DNA from: Oikopleura dioica
Taxonomy: Eukaryota; Animalia; Chordata
Assembly: GCA_907165135.1 (NCBI GenBank)
Contig: OU015567.1
Span: forward strand, 7,068,001 to 7,132,000
Reading direction: 5' to 3'
DNA: 64,000 nt
The translations under genes and the position numbers were made by a program. Positions within the stretch are counted from its first letter, which is position 1; each line of letters begins with the position of its first letter. Under the pieces are notes generated by a model that searched no databases, was not told the DNA's origin, and was given only the letters and a program-made list of their open reading frames with translations. Positions 41,801 to 53,191 of this stretch are shown one piece after another.

Positions 41801-42554
41801 CTTTGAGTTTTAAAAGAGAGCTTCGACGACTTCATTTTTCGCTGACTGTAATGAACGAGCATTTCGAGCGATTTCGCTGCAGATTCTCGGTTAGACGGAG
41901 AAATAAGTGGCTTGGAAGTGATCTTCGCGATGAGCGTCGTTTCCAGATCTTTGAAATCTGCTTCGGTGAAGACATGACCCAGGGATCGAACTAGATTCAT
42001 TGTCGCATCTGACAGGACTTGTTGGACGCTTTCTTCTTTGCTCGAAATCAGTCGGTTTAAAATTGGAACGATGTGCTGGGCGAATGGCTTGCTTTTTTGC
42101 GGTTTAATCGAGCTGGAAAGATTGGAGAAACGCATGAGAAGCTGCTTGACTCGCTTGAGTGTCTTGTCATCCCAGTTTTCCAACGGAAGATTGACGGTTT
42201 TCTGTAGGTCCTTGAAGAGAATGTAGCGGAAACGAGGGAGAATATTTTCGGGAAGGAATTGGGTCAGTTGATTTAGCGCGTCGCTGGAACCTTGACGAAC
42301 GTCACGTGAGTTGTCTTCGCAGAGAAGAAGCAGAAATTCTAGCACAATAGTTATGAAAAAACCACCGTTAGGGACATACCTATGCATGAATTTAAATTCA
42401 ATGTAAGCTGCTGATCCGGAAGGAGCAAAAGATTCTCGACCATGTTCTTCGCATTCTGGCATTTTTCTTTAGGGCTCATTTGGTGCCGATTAGTGTTTTT
42501 GGAGGCGTCGAAATGCAGCCGAAACTGCGCCAAGTTCTTTTGGACCGACTCCAT
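35801..42554 (-). CDS. HTT: Huntingtin, ~10 exons including a ~4.1-kb exon, ~2,100 aa
   Basis: EFLLLLCEDNSRDVR...IKPQKSKPF...EESVQQVL matches HTT N-HEAT; LLSHEDPNLQG, DFIRIFEPIVICAMRRYTVSTDERIQKAVLKLLTNLMQLRVNYSLLDSEGIFVKILLNQ and the C-terminal VLNKLFIEL...NWLLLAIPN match HTT. Confidence 0.93.
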
Positions 42555-42689
42555 TTTAATTTCATCTCAATTTCGAAGCATCTGAAAAGGTAACAAATAT
42601 GTAAAGGAATTAGTTGATAGATATAATGATAATTTTTCAAGATATTCGTAAAATTTATATCACGAATCATAACAACAAAGTTATTCTAT

Positions 42690-43870
42690 GAGCTTCATTT
42701 TATGCAGAGTTGGAAGGGCCTCATCACGGTGTATGATGCATGCAGTAAGGAACATGGATATAGCTTCATTTTATATTTATACTTTAGTAGAATTATTTTT
42801 CATTAACATTTTTATTTCTGGGGACAAGTTCATCTTCAGGTTGTACGATGCACCATGGGGCTAATATGTATCTTGCTTCATTTTATTCAATTAAATTCAT
42901 ATTTCTCGCGTCGATTTCAATTATCTGAAAACAAATTGTAAGTAAAAGAAGAGTTAAATTAATAGACCTTTATTGAATAAATTTAATTAGACGTTGCCTT
43001 ATGCATTTATGCACTAATTTTGATAAAGCTTCATTTTACGTAGATTTGAATTTAGAAAAGTAACAGTTTACATGCACAATGCACCACGGGAGTATAATTG
43101 AAGAAGATTCATTTTATGTAGAGTAGAAAGAATTCGAGATGTATAATGCATCTGGTAAGCAATATGGATAGAGCTTCATTTTATTAAGTATAATAATAAT
43201 TCAAGTATAATTTAAATTAAAGTTGTTTAATACACCTCGCATCAAACCTAGATATTGATTCATTTCAAAGAAATTATATTATTTTTACTCTAATCTACGG
43301 GCAGTTTGTTGTTCGAATACATTTTAATAATTCTTCATTTTCATTTATTCATTTTTTCGAAACGATTCCAACCATCTGAAAATAAAAGAAGATACACTTA
43401 AGTTTCAAATTCAAACATTTGATATTCATTTGAGCAGTTAACACAGTTGAAATAGCACTGACTTATTTTACAATCTTCCATGCAGTATGCATATTGGAGC
43501 TCTTTTAGCTTCATTTTATTTAGAATTTATTAGTTAAATGAGAATAAATAGTTGCTATATGCATGCAGGGGCGATTTTGGATCTCGTTTCATTTTATAAT
43601 AAAATTTTTATTTCTTATATTTTTGAATAGCAATATTTTCATTTATAAAGAAGTTGTCTGATGCATGCGACATCTAATATGGATAATGATTCATTTTAAA
43701 TTCATCGAGTCGATTTCAACAATCTAAAAGTAGAATACGATATTCATCATTCAATTCTCGACTCAAGAATCTCGAGTCAATTCCATCGAGAATTTGTTTT
43801 CGTAACAAAAATTTATTTCATTTTTTCTCAACATTCAAAAGTACACTCCGAATTTGGCTTCATTTTAAGA
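42690..43870. repeat. Degenerate array of ~13 G(C/A/T)TTCATTTT motifs, most paired with ATGCA 27 bp upstream
   Basis: ATGCA/GnTTCATTTT pairs at 42736/42763, 42848/42875, 43001/43028, 43079/43106, 43146/43173, 43559/43586, 43661/43688 (all 27 bp apart) and 43480/43508 (28 bp). Confidence 0.85.
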
Positions 43871-44303
43871 AATGTATGAAAGTACAGTAATGAGACATTG
43901 TACTTTAATTCATAAATCATTTTAATGACAGAATTGAGTAATATTTCGATGTTCGGTTTCCATTCGCAGGAATGACCCTAATATTCTCTTAGATTCATAT
44001 TATTCATCGTCAACGATCATTCTTCATTCCACTTTTTTCTTTTGAAAAAAAACCATAATCTTTCTTCATTTCTCGCGCAAAATAATAGTGCGGAGAAGGG
44101 CGATTTCCCGTGGCGCCCAATCAAAAACGAGAGATTTTTCGATCAGCTCTTTTTTGCATTTTAACATTTATAGAGAGAAAAAGTAATTAAAAAAATAATA
44201 CTCGAAAGAATCCGAGCAATGTAACAAATTCTCACTAGTAATTACCGATTTCTCCGAAGCCCTCTTTTTAGAAACAAATACAAATTTCCCTTATTATTTC
44301 AGA

Positions 44304-47300
44304 ATGACCGCAATCGACGACGGACCAGAAGCAAAAAAGGCGAAAATGTTCGCCGCCCCGACGGTCGAAGAAGTCGCCGCTCTTCGTGAAGCCGAGGGAA
44401 TCTTCAGTGGCCGCTTGAGTCAGCTCAAAACGGACGAAATTCTCCGCGAAATTACTCCTTCCCAGAGCGAACTAAACGAGCTCTCCGAAATCCTCGGAGC
44501 GATCAGGACTCTCATGAAGAAGTTGCCAAAGCTTGACGACATGAATCTCGAAGACGTCGGAACTTCAGTCAAGGATTCCGTCATTCCGATCGTGATGAGC
44601 CCTCCAAGCGACAAAGGGCTCGTCCGATTTCTCCCACCATCGCGAATTTCACTCATTGATCTGGATTCCAGCGTCAAATACGATGAAAAAATCGAGGCCA
44701 GAATCGAATTCGAAATGCCCAAAGCCTGTTTGCAAGAAAAAGACGTCTGGGACGAGCGATTTTTCAGAAAGAGAGCGATTTACATGGCTTATTTAGCGAC
44801 AGTTTTGACGAAGAAATTCGACGTCAGCTATAGAATCGTCAATGGTTTGAGAATTAAGCCAATGATGATTCTTTCCAACGAGAAATTTCAAATCACGTGC
44901 GAAATAAAAACAGAAGTGGAGTTCGCAAAACGAGTAAGGTTCATCCCTTCTCGCTGCAACATTCATTACAACTGGTGGGCCCAGATTTCCGAGGATGATT
45001 CCATTCCCGCTGAAACGACGCTTTACAACTCCGCCATGCTCGACGATCAAATTTCCTTCGAGCAAGAAGAAAAAGACCTCCTGGAGAAATTCTCATCTCT
45101 GCCCCCTTCGCTGAACAACGCATCCCGATTATTCAAGCTCTGGACGAGGCAGTCATGCATTCATCATTTCGAATCTTCTCCGGATTTTTTCAAAACATAC
45201 GCGCTCACTTTACTCGTCAAAAATCGAATGCCCCGTCTCGCATCCGCTTTTCAAATCTTCCGTCTCGTGTTGGAATCACTCGCTGCGGGCGATTTATCTT
45301 CCCTATCCGGCCTCTCAGATACCGAATGGCCCGCTCCGTGCCTTGGCTCGACTCAGGGGAGAAATCTGTTATCAAATGTTCCGCTGAGCGCTTGCGAATG
45401 GCTCCGTTTTTCGGCAGCCCGAGATAGCAAAATTCTAGCGAAGGATCTTTCCAACGGAGTGATTTCCACTCTCGTCAACAAACGAAGCTTCTTGTCTCTT
45501 TCCCATGCGATTGTTCTTCTACCAGACGATGGTTCCTTACAGTGCGTTCTCAAGCGAAACCGAAACGACACTAGAATCGCCGCTCTTTCAGGAGACACAG
45601 CTACTACAGCGCTGGAGTACTTAATTCTGCTCCTGAAAAACGCCGTGACAGATCGAATCGTCGCAATCTGCCCGAAAGTGCCGGAATTCAAGCCTTGGTC
45701 CACAGTGCAACAGCCGCCAAAGTCTGAGGAAGTCTTTGGCCTCGGCTTTGGCATTTCCTTGTCTGAAAGCGAAACGAACAATTTGGCGAAGGTCTTTAGA
45801 GGACCAGCAGCGGATAACGATTCTGCGAAAAGGTTCAGGAGTCTTTGGGGAGCAAAGGCGGATGAGAGAAGATTTCAGGACGGATCAATTTGCGTCGCAG
45901 CGCATTTCGATTCTGAAGGTTAGTTGAAAATAGAAGATTTATTTTTGGCTAATTTTGGCGTAAAATTTTAGATCCACTGGAAGCAGCTGTTCGTCATTTG
46001 CTCAAATTTCACGGTCAAATTGAAAAAGTCGAGTATTTCGGACGAATGCAAAGCGAGAATAGAGCCGACTTCGCGGAGTATCAAAAGCTATCTGATGGTT
46101 ACGCGGAGCTCGAGCAGATCCTGCGCTCAAATGACCTCGATTTGCCGCTGCGAATTACACACCTCTGGCCGGGCAAGTCTATTTAACAAAGTTCAACTCA
46201 ATAACTGTACTTTTAGTGAGTCCTACTTTCCGCGGGACAAGTTCTATTCCCTTTTCGCCAAAAGCAAGTCACCTGCCGAAAGCCGCTTATCAGTACAACG
46301 TCGACGTTCCAGAAGCAAAATCACTTCCTTCCCATTTCGCTTCCAATCGAATTCTACTTCAGCTTGAAGGATCTTCGAAATGGCCACAGAATATTCAAGC
46401 AATTAGGAAACTGAGACAGGCTTATCATATCAGACTTGCGGAGATTCTCGCCAATAAATTTCAAGTAAATAACAAGCTCAAATTTTCCTTATTATTTATT
46501 AGATGAGAGCAGCGCTTTCGGAAAATGGATTTGCCGTGAACTGCCGATTCAATGGATTCTTATTCACGCTAGAAACGGTTTATCACAGAGAACAGGAGCT
46601 GCTAACAGAATCCTATCATCCTCAAACCAGAGTTCGAAATCCCGCGTTTGCCCGGGGGAAGATACGGGCACGGGCAAGAAAGTGAAGATTCCCGAGGGCA
46701 AAGGCGGTCACGGGCAAAAAAACGAATTTTCCCGCGGGCCAAGCGGGCACGGCTAGGATCGACAAGTCCCACCCGACACCCGATCGAAAACCGACGTTTT
46801 TGTCGGGTTTTTGTTGATTCTGCCTACCCTACAAAAACCCGACGTTGAAATTTTGGCGACCCTAGAAAATCGGGTTTTTGTAGGGTCATTTATCGGGTTT
46901 TTGTAGGGTATTTTTGTCGGGTTTCTCATCGTATCTACTCATCAGTTTCTTTAAAGAGAGCACCAAAACTTCTGTTAGCCAAAAATTATGTCCATTTTCG
47001 CCGATTTGGATTCAATTTATTTGATTTAACTTCCGTGTTGTGAAAACGCGACGAGAACCCGACAAAGACCCGATAAAACCCGAAAAATACCCGACAAAGA
47101 CCCGATAAAACCCGAAAAATACCCGACAAAAAACCGAAAAAAATCCTACAAAAACCCGATAAAAAACCCGACGAAAACCCGACAAAAACCCGATCGGAAA
47201 AATCAGAGCTCAAGAAAATCCGATGAAAACCCGACCCGGATTTCGGGGGCATTTGTCGATCCTAGGGGCACGGGCACAATAAAAAATATTCCCGCGGGCA

Positions 47301-50300
47301 AATTCGGGCACGGGCAAGATTCCCGCGAGCTTTAACGGGCACGGGCAGATTCAATGTACCTTATGAAAAAGTGTTTAAACTATTTAAATAGCGTGGAAAT
47401 AGACACCAAATACTTGAGGGAGTATATTGGGGGGTATATTGAAAACTAATCTGAATACAGAACTGTTATGACGTGCTTTTTTTAAGGTTAACGAAGTTTT
47501 CCAGCCCATTTCCGCCTTATAGACCCCCGAACATTATACCTTTACAAATCAACAGAAAATTTTAAGAACTTTAACGGTTCAAAATTCTAGGAAACTCCAC
47601 TTCCGGTCGGTTCTAGAGCCGGAAGTTGACGTAATTTAGGTGTTATGGTGAAGTGTGACCCAGTGTTAAAAAATGGCCAAAACTCTAATGAGGGAGTGAG
47701 CGCGAGCAGAGGCCCCTAGATTATTAACATGAGTGAGCGAGGGCGAGTAGACCCTTCTGATTTTTTCGTGAGCGAGCGAGCGCGAGCGCAGATACCGGAA
47801 TGTTCTATGAGTGAGCGAGCATGAGCGCTCACTCGCTCGCACGCGCTCACTCGCAGCTTTTCAACAACGTTTTGATTGAGTTCTTTCTTAAAAAATTCTA
47901 GTTCTTTTAAATTTGAATGACTTTTAACTATAATAAGTCAATAATGAGTACTCTAACGGGACTGAAAGATAATATCCAGATAAATTTCATAATTATTTAA
48001 TGACTCAGTGTTGAGGGTGAATTAACTGTGAGCGACCGCGAGTGACCGCAAAAAGGGACCTTTGAATTTTATGGTGAGTGAGCGAGCGCGAGCATTGGGT
48101 TCTCCAAATCACATGAGTGAGTGTGCATGAGCGCTCGCTCACTCGCTCGCGCTCGCTCGTGGCTCGCGCTCACCATTTTTTCAAACACTGGTGTGACCTA
48201 TCAAATTGATGCTCAGACGATTTCCTATCATTTTAGACCAAGAATCAAGACCAACCGCGGTAAAATAAACCGGAAAAAAGTGAAAAAAAAATTCATCACT
48301 TTATGCCTTTTTTACATAATTTTAACGGTCGGTTTGACCAGGTTTGGGACTGTTTCTTCTGAAATATTGATTTTAGGATGACTCGAAATCTTCTGAGCAT
48401 CAATTTGATAGGTCACACTCTACCATTTTAACTAAATTTCGTCAACTTCCGGCTCTAGAATCGACCGGAAGTGGAGTTCTCTAGAATTTTAAACCGTCAA
48501 AGTTTTTGAAATTTTCTGCTGATTCTAAAAAAGTATGGTGTTCGGGGTCTATATTATAGAAAATCGCCGTTTGCCCAACTTGGAGAAACGGAGATCTTGG
48601 GCAAACGGCGATCTGAAAAAAGTTTATATTAATTGATCATTAGACATTATTTGGCTTTTTTAATGTCAACCCTGGCTTCTTCAACGCCAATCCTGGCTTC
48701 ACCAACATCAATCATGTTTTCTATATCAATATCATCGACACTATATCAATTATGGCTTCTCCATCGCCAATTCTCGCTTCACCGACTTCAAATATAGCTT
48801 CTCCAATGTCCATCCCGGGCTCTTCGACGTCAATCCCGATTTCTCCATCGTCGATCCCGACTTCTCCAACGTCGATCCCGGCTTCATCCATCTCCATCTC
48901 GGCTTTTTCAACGCCAATTTTATCTTGAAGAAGCCATGATCGACATTCGAGAAGCGATGATTGACAACTGAGAAGCCGGGAGTGACGTTTGAGAAGCTTG
49001 GATTGAAGTAAGTGACGCCCGGATCAGCATTGAAGAAGCCGGGATTGACGCTGGAGATGCCAGGATTCAAGTTTGAGCCACCAAGATTGACGTCTGAAAA
49101 GCTAGGATCGAAGTTTTTGAAGCCGGGATTGAAATAAGTGACGCCGGGATTGACTGTGAAGAAGACAATAAAAGTTATATGATCAATCAATTTAAACACA
49201 TCGCCGTTTGCCCAAGTCGCCGTTTCCCCAAGTTGGGGAAACGGAGACCATTCGGTCGTAGTTTCTAACTAGCTCCTAAAACTTGCGATTTAAAAATCCG
49301 AATTGATTCAGGGTCGTTTTTATTTTATTTTCTTATTTTGAAAAATAGGCTTGAGATTTAGCAGTAGAAAAAATGTTCCCCGGGCTGCCCTCGGGAATAT
49401 TTCGTGCGGGAACGCGGGCAAACCGCCCGTGCCCGTTTATGCCCGCGGGAATCTTCTCATTCATGCCCGTGCCCGTATCTGCCCGCGGGAAAATTTGTTA
49501 TAGTGCCCGTGCCCGCTTGGCTCGCGGGAAAATTCGTTTTTGTGCCCGTGACCGTTTTTGCCCCCGGGAATCTTAAATATTCTGCCCGTGCCCGCCCGCC
49601 CGCCGCCCCCTTGCCCGGGAGCCGCAAAAATTTCGAACTCTGCCTCAAACTGGCATGCTCATTGTCGAGGTATTTTCAAAATCCAAAACCCTTTTCAACC
49701 CTCTTTTTCCAACACCAGAACACAGCAGCTTCGGAAAAAGAAGAGCTCAGAACTCAGATTCGCCCGAAACTTGCAATGATTCTCTCACGAATGTCTTCCG
49801 TCGAAATGTCAGTTTGCCGCCTCTTCCGAAGATGGATCGGAAGTCATTACTTTTCATTCCAAATTGATCCGCTTCTTTCGGACTTGTTGGTTTATTCGGC
49901 GCTGAGGCACGACGCTGCTGGGCCACCTGGAAGCTTGAGAAATGGATTTTATCGGCTCATGATCTTTTTATCAAGTAAGCTTTTTTATACGATTATCTTG
50001 GTAATCGTTTTAACTAGCATTTGACTTCATTGACGAACCAATTTTCATCACTGGCGGCGTGGGAGAAGCATCAGAAGAAGAAACAGAGAACGAAGAGCTC
50101 AACCAAAACTCTCTCCGCGAGTATTTTATGGAAAACCGCTCGACGATCTTCGCAAAAAACGGAATTATTATCTCAAGCAAGGCGGATCAGAATAGAAGTT
50201 TGATTACACAAGAAGGTCCATCGAATGCGGTCGTCAAAAAATTACAGATGTTGGCGCTTGCTTCAAGAAAAAAGGTAGAATCGGAAGTTTTGTTGAAAAA

Positions 50301-50997
50301 TTTATGCTCTTTTTTAGATGGAATCAGATGTATCCGCAATGAAATGTCAAGATCTCTCCTCCCTCTTCATCGGCTCAACAAAATGGTTCGACGTTTTAGT
50401 AAATTTGAAGCCAATGAAGGAAGCTAAACTCAAGACCGCTGCGGAAACATCAAAGAACAAGCACCGACTGGAAATACCCGACTGGTCGCCAGTAAAACTC
50501 GTCTTTGACACCTATTCTAGGGCACTCGGCCACAGCGCGCTTTTCTTTGCAGACGAACATAATCAGGAAACGAGATCACAAAACTCCCGAATATCCAAAA
50601 TTGCAAGAGTCCTCTTTTGTTATTTCTAGCTGGGGAAATGAGGTGCCAAGTAGACTTTTGACGGCGGAGGAGTTTTAATGATCTTGGGAAACAGAAAGTA
50701 TTAGGTGTCAAGTTCCGAAATGTTGGAGAACTCAAAGGACTGCAAGGAGAATGTTTAGGTTCGGGTCGTTAACAGTTAATTACAGTCAGTTTGCGAAGAA
50801 TACAGTCTTAGAGCAGAGGCTTCTTTCGGCTTCAAAGTTTTAAGAGGCTTTTGGAATTCGTTGAAGACCCATAAAAAGGTGGAATGGCTCGAGATGAGCT
50901 TTCAAAAATGTATTTGAACAAGGTTGGACTCGTGAATGACATGAAGATTCTCGCTGAAAACGCGATTGAGTCAATTTCTGTGCAGAAGGATATTTGA
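44304..50997 (+). CDS. NOL6: Nucleolar protein 6 (Nrap/Utp22), interrupted by a 3-kb transposon at 46628-49642
   Basis: APTVEEVAALREAE...LKTDEIL, MPKACLQEKD...FFRKRAIY, VFRGPAADNDSAKRFRSLWGAKADERRFQDGSIC, ILLQLEGSSKWPQNIQAIRKLRQAY, C-terminal LVNDMKILAENAIESI. Confidence 0.92.
46753..47265. mobile_element. hAT-like MITE B nested in the left arm of element A
   Basis: TIR CTAGGATCGACAA/TTGTCGATCCTAG, 8-bp TSD GGGCACGG, internal AAAACCCGA repeats in both orientations. Confidence 0.85.
47520..48551. mobile_element. Foldback MITE C (TA-flanked) nested in element A
   Basis: Long inverted arms (TAGACCCC...CCACTTCCGGTCG.TTCTAGAGCCGGAAGTTGACG...GTGTGACCTATCAAATTGATGCTCAGA) once D is removed; TA on both sides. 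Confidence 0.8.
47661..48190. mobile_element. hAT MITE D nested in element C
   Basis: CAGTGTT...AACACTG termini, perfect 8-bp TSD GTGTGACC, GAGCGAGCG/CGCTCGCTC subterminal repeats. Confidence 0.9.
48563..49248. mobile_element. Element E: ~50-bp hairpin-containing TIRs around a 21-bp minisatellite that flips orientation
   Basis: ATCGCCGTTTGCCCAACTTGGAGAAACGGAGATCTTGGGCAAACGGCGAT with its inverted counterpart; TCAACGTCAATCCCGGCTTCT-type units on + up to ~48915, then on -. Confidence 0.7.
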
Positions 50998-51131
50998 ATG
51001 AATCTTCGAATTTAATAAATTACCAAGTATGAAAGAACAATCCTGTTTGATGCGTCTTTTCAGATAAATGAGACTTGTCAGTGCAAATATTTGGCTTTTC
51101 AATTGTCGCTTGAAAATCGAGACTAGGGAAA

Positions 51132-52331
51132 ATGGTTAAAATCGCGGAAATTGAAGCAGCGTTGGTAAGTTTTTGGAGTTTATAAATTCAAGAAAAAACT
51201 GGTAATTCCCAGGGGAGAATTAAAACAACTATCCACCGCACTCCGATTTTGACGAACAGCACAGTGGACAGTCTCGCCGGGCGGCAATTGTTTTTCAAAG
51301 CTGAGAATTTACAGAAAACCGGGAGTTTCAAAGCTAGAGGAGCGCTGAATGCAGTTTCCAAGCTGGGAGACGAAAGTTTGAAATCCTTTCCGTCTTGCCC
51401 ATATTTTTTCTTTAGTCAGTGCTGTCTGCTGCGATTCATCTGGAAATCATGGTCAAGCATTGTCTTGGGCGGCAAAAAGTGTCGGAAAGACATGTCACGT
51501 GGCAGTTCCTAAGGGGGCACCAATGGTGAAAGTCGCTGCTATTGAAAATTATGGAGGTCTAGTGCACTTTTGCGAACCGAATGATGCCGGAAGAGAAGCG
51601 AAGGTACCCGCTATTCTTCATTTCGAAATGTCTAAAACTTTTGTAAGAGAAATGAGCTTGTCGAAAAGTATGGCGCAAAGATGATCCACCCAAGCCAGGA
51701 CTTTGACGTCATCGTTGGCCAGGGAACAATCGGCCTCGAACTTATTGAACAATTCGAAGAACAGCCCTTGGACGCGATAATCATCCCCGTCGGTGGCGGC
51801 GGGTTAATTTCCGGAATCGCAACGTAAGAAATCTGTTCCCTCTTTTTACAAGCTGTTAAATCCGATAAATTCATTAGGGCGCTGCGTGCGAGCTGGCCGG
51901 AAGTGAAAATTATCGCTGCTGAACCTGTTGAAGTCGATGATTGTGCTGTTTCGATGGAAAAGGGTGATCTAGTTGTGACAGAAAAGAATGATACCGTTTG
52001 TGATGGAGTCCGGACTAATGTTGGCAAAAACACTTGGCCGATGATCAAGGAACTCGTTGATGAGGTACAATTATTCAATTAACCTATGTACAAATATTCG
52101 AAGGTGATCACCGTTGATGATATTTCCGTCGCAAAAGCTTGGAAACTCATCATGGAGCGAATGAAAACCGTGGCAGAACCAACTGGAGCCCTAGCCCTTG
52201 CTGTAGCGCTTTCGCGATCTTTCAACGAGTCATACCCACGAGATCAGTTCCCGAGAGTCGGGGTGATTCTTTGCGGCGGAAATCTTGATCTGTCTGTTGT
52301 TCCACAAATGCTGAAACTCGCTGATTGTTGA
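51132..52331 (+). CDS. SRR: Serine racemase (PLP fold II)
   Basis: IHRTPILT, FFKAENLQKTGSFKARGALNAV, SSGNHGQALSWAA, VGQGTIGLE, VPVGGGGLISG, ERMKTVAEPTGALALA, VILCGGNLDL. Confidence 0.9.
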
Positions 52332-52376
52332 TTACAGCGATTTATAACATTTTTTGACTTTCAGAAAGTTCGATCG

Positions 52377-52943
52377 ATGTCGGAAAGCTGTTCAATTTGC
52401 CTGGAAGATATTCTTCTTCCCCTGACTCTTCCATGCAACCACACATTTTGCTACTTATGCATCAAAGGGGTTGCGTTATCGCCTTCTGGTCCTACTTGCT
52501 CTCTTTGTAGAGCAGTTTTCAGCAACAGTCTAATTGTTAAACCTCCAGCAATTCCGGATGCAGCGGCGGGAGACGAAAATAAACCAAGATGGTACTATGA
52601 GGGAAGAAATGGTTGGTGGGAGTACGACGAGCGCACTTGCGAGGTGGAATAGATATTTAAACCAAATGAAATCGTATTAATATTCTTTGAAAATATGGAG
52701 GGCTATCAACTAATTTTCAAGATGGTTGAAAAAGCCTTCGTGGACAGAAAAACAAAAGCGACCGTTTTCATCTCTGGCAACACGTATGAAATTGACTTTG
52801 AATCGAAGCGCCAGTATCAGCCAAATAGAGGAACAAGACGGAGAAAAGTCACTAGAGGATCGCGAGCTGAACTGGGAGACCGATTTCTGGGAATTGCGGG
52901 TGTCCCCAAGCCAGACCCTGTTATTGATCTGACGAATAGGTGA
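52377..52943 (+). CDS. RNF146: RNF146/Iduna-like RING+WWE E3 ligase, copy a (2 exons)
   Basis: C3HC4 RING, WYYEGRNGWWEYDERT, YEIDFESKRQY...RRRKV...GIAG. Confidence 0.9.
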
Positions 52944-53191
52944 GGAATCCAGTTGCTAAAGGATTTATTCTGATTCTAGTGATTAATTGTAGAGTCAATC
53001 GACTTCGAACCGGCCGATGAATAACTAAAGTGAACGACTGTAATATTACTACGATTCATTATTTTTAAACTGATAAGACATATTTATACTGTACCTCTTT
53101 CGCTTCAACCAATTTCCTTTCAATGATTCATGGATAATTGACCTAACTCGTGGTTAATGTTTTTTCTATTAGATAAAAAAATATTCTAAAA

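Larger units (their letters stand above)
46628..49642. mobile_element. hAT-type composite non-autonomous element A (3,015 bp) inserted in a NOL6 exon
   Basis: 13-bp TIR CAGAGTTCGAAAT/ATTTCGAACTCTG, perfect 8-bp TSD CCTCAAAC (46620-46627 and 49643-49650), inverted GC-rich subterminal arrays of CGGGCACGGGC/CCCGCGGG. No transposase ORF seen. Confidence 0.9.

Noticed and set aside
41801-41846. Apparent frameshift between HTT ORFs 41737-42462 and 41496-41792
   Set aside because: Resolved by a typical-size 46-nt GT-AG intron (…HY|NPEMRD…).
42690-43870. CRISPR-like repeat-spacer reading of the array, or a coding repeat (minus frame reads NEAx7CI in each unit)
   Set aside because: Eukaryotic context, no cas genes, and repeats and spacings are too variable. 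Each NEA unit is directly preceded by TAA and the frames close quickly.
49373-49642. ORFs rich in PVPA/ARAR at the start of 49404-50024 and neighbours
   Set aside because: Translation of the subterminal repeats of element A; only the part from 49643 onward is NOL6.
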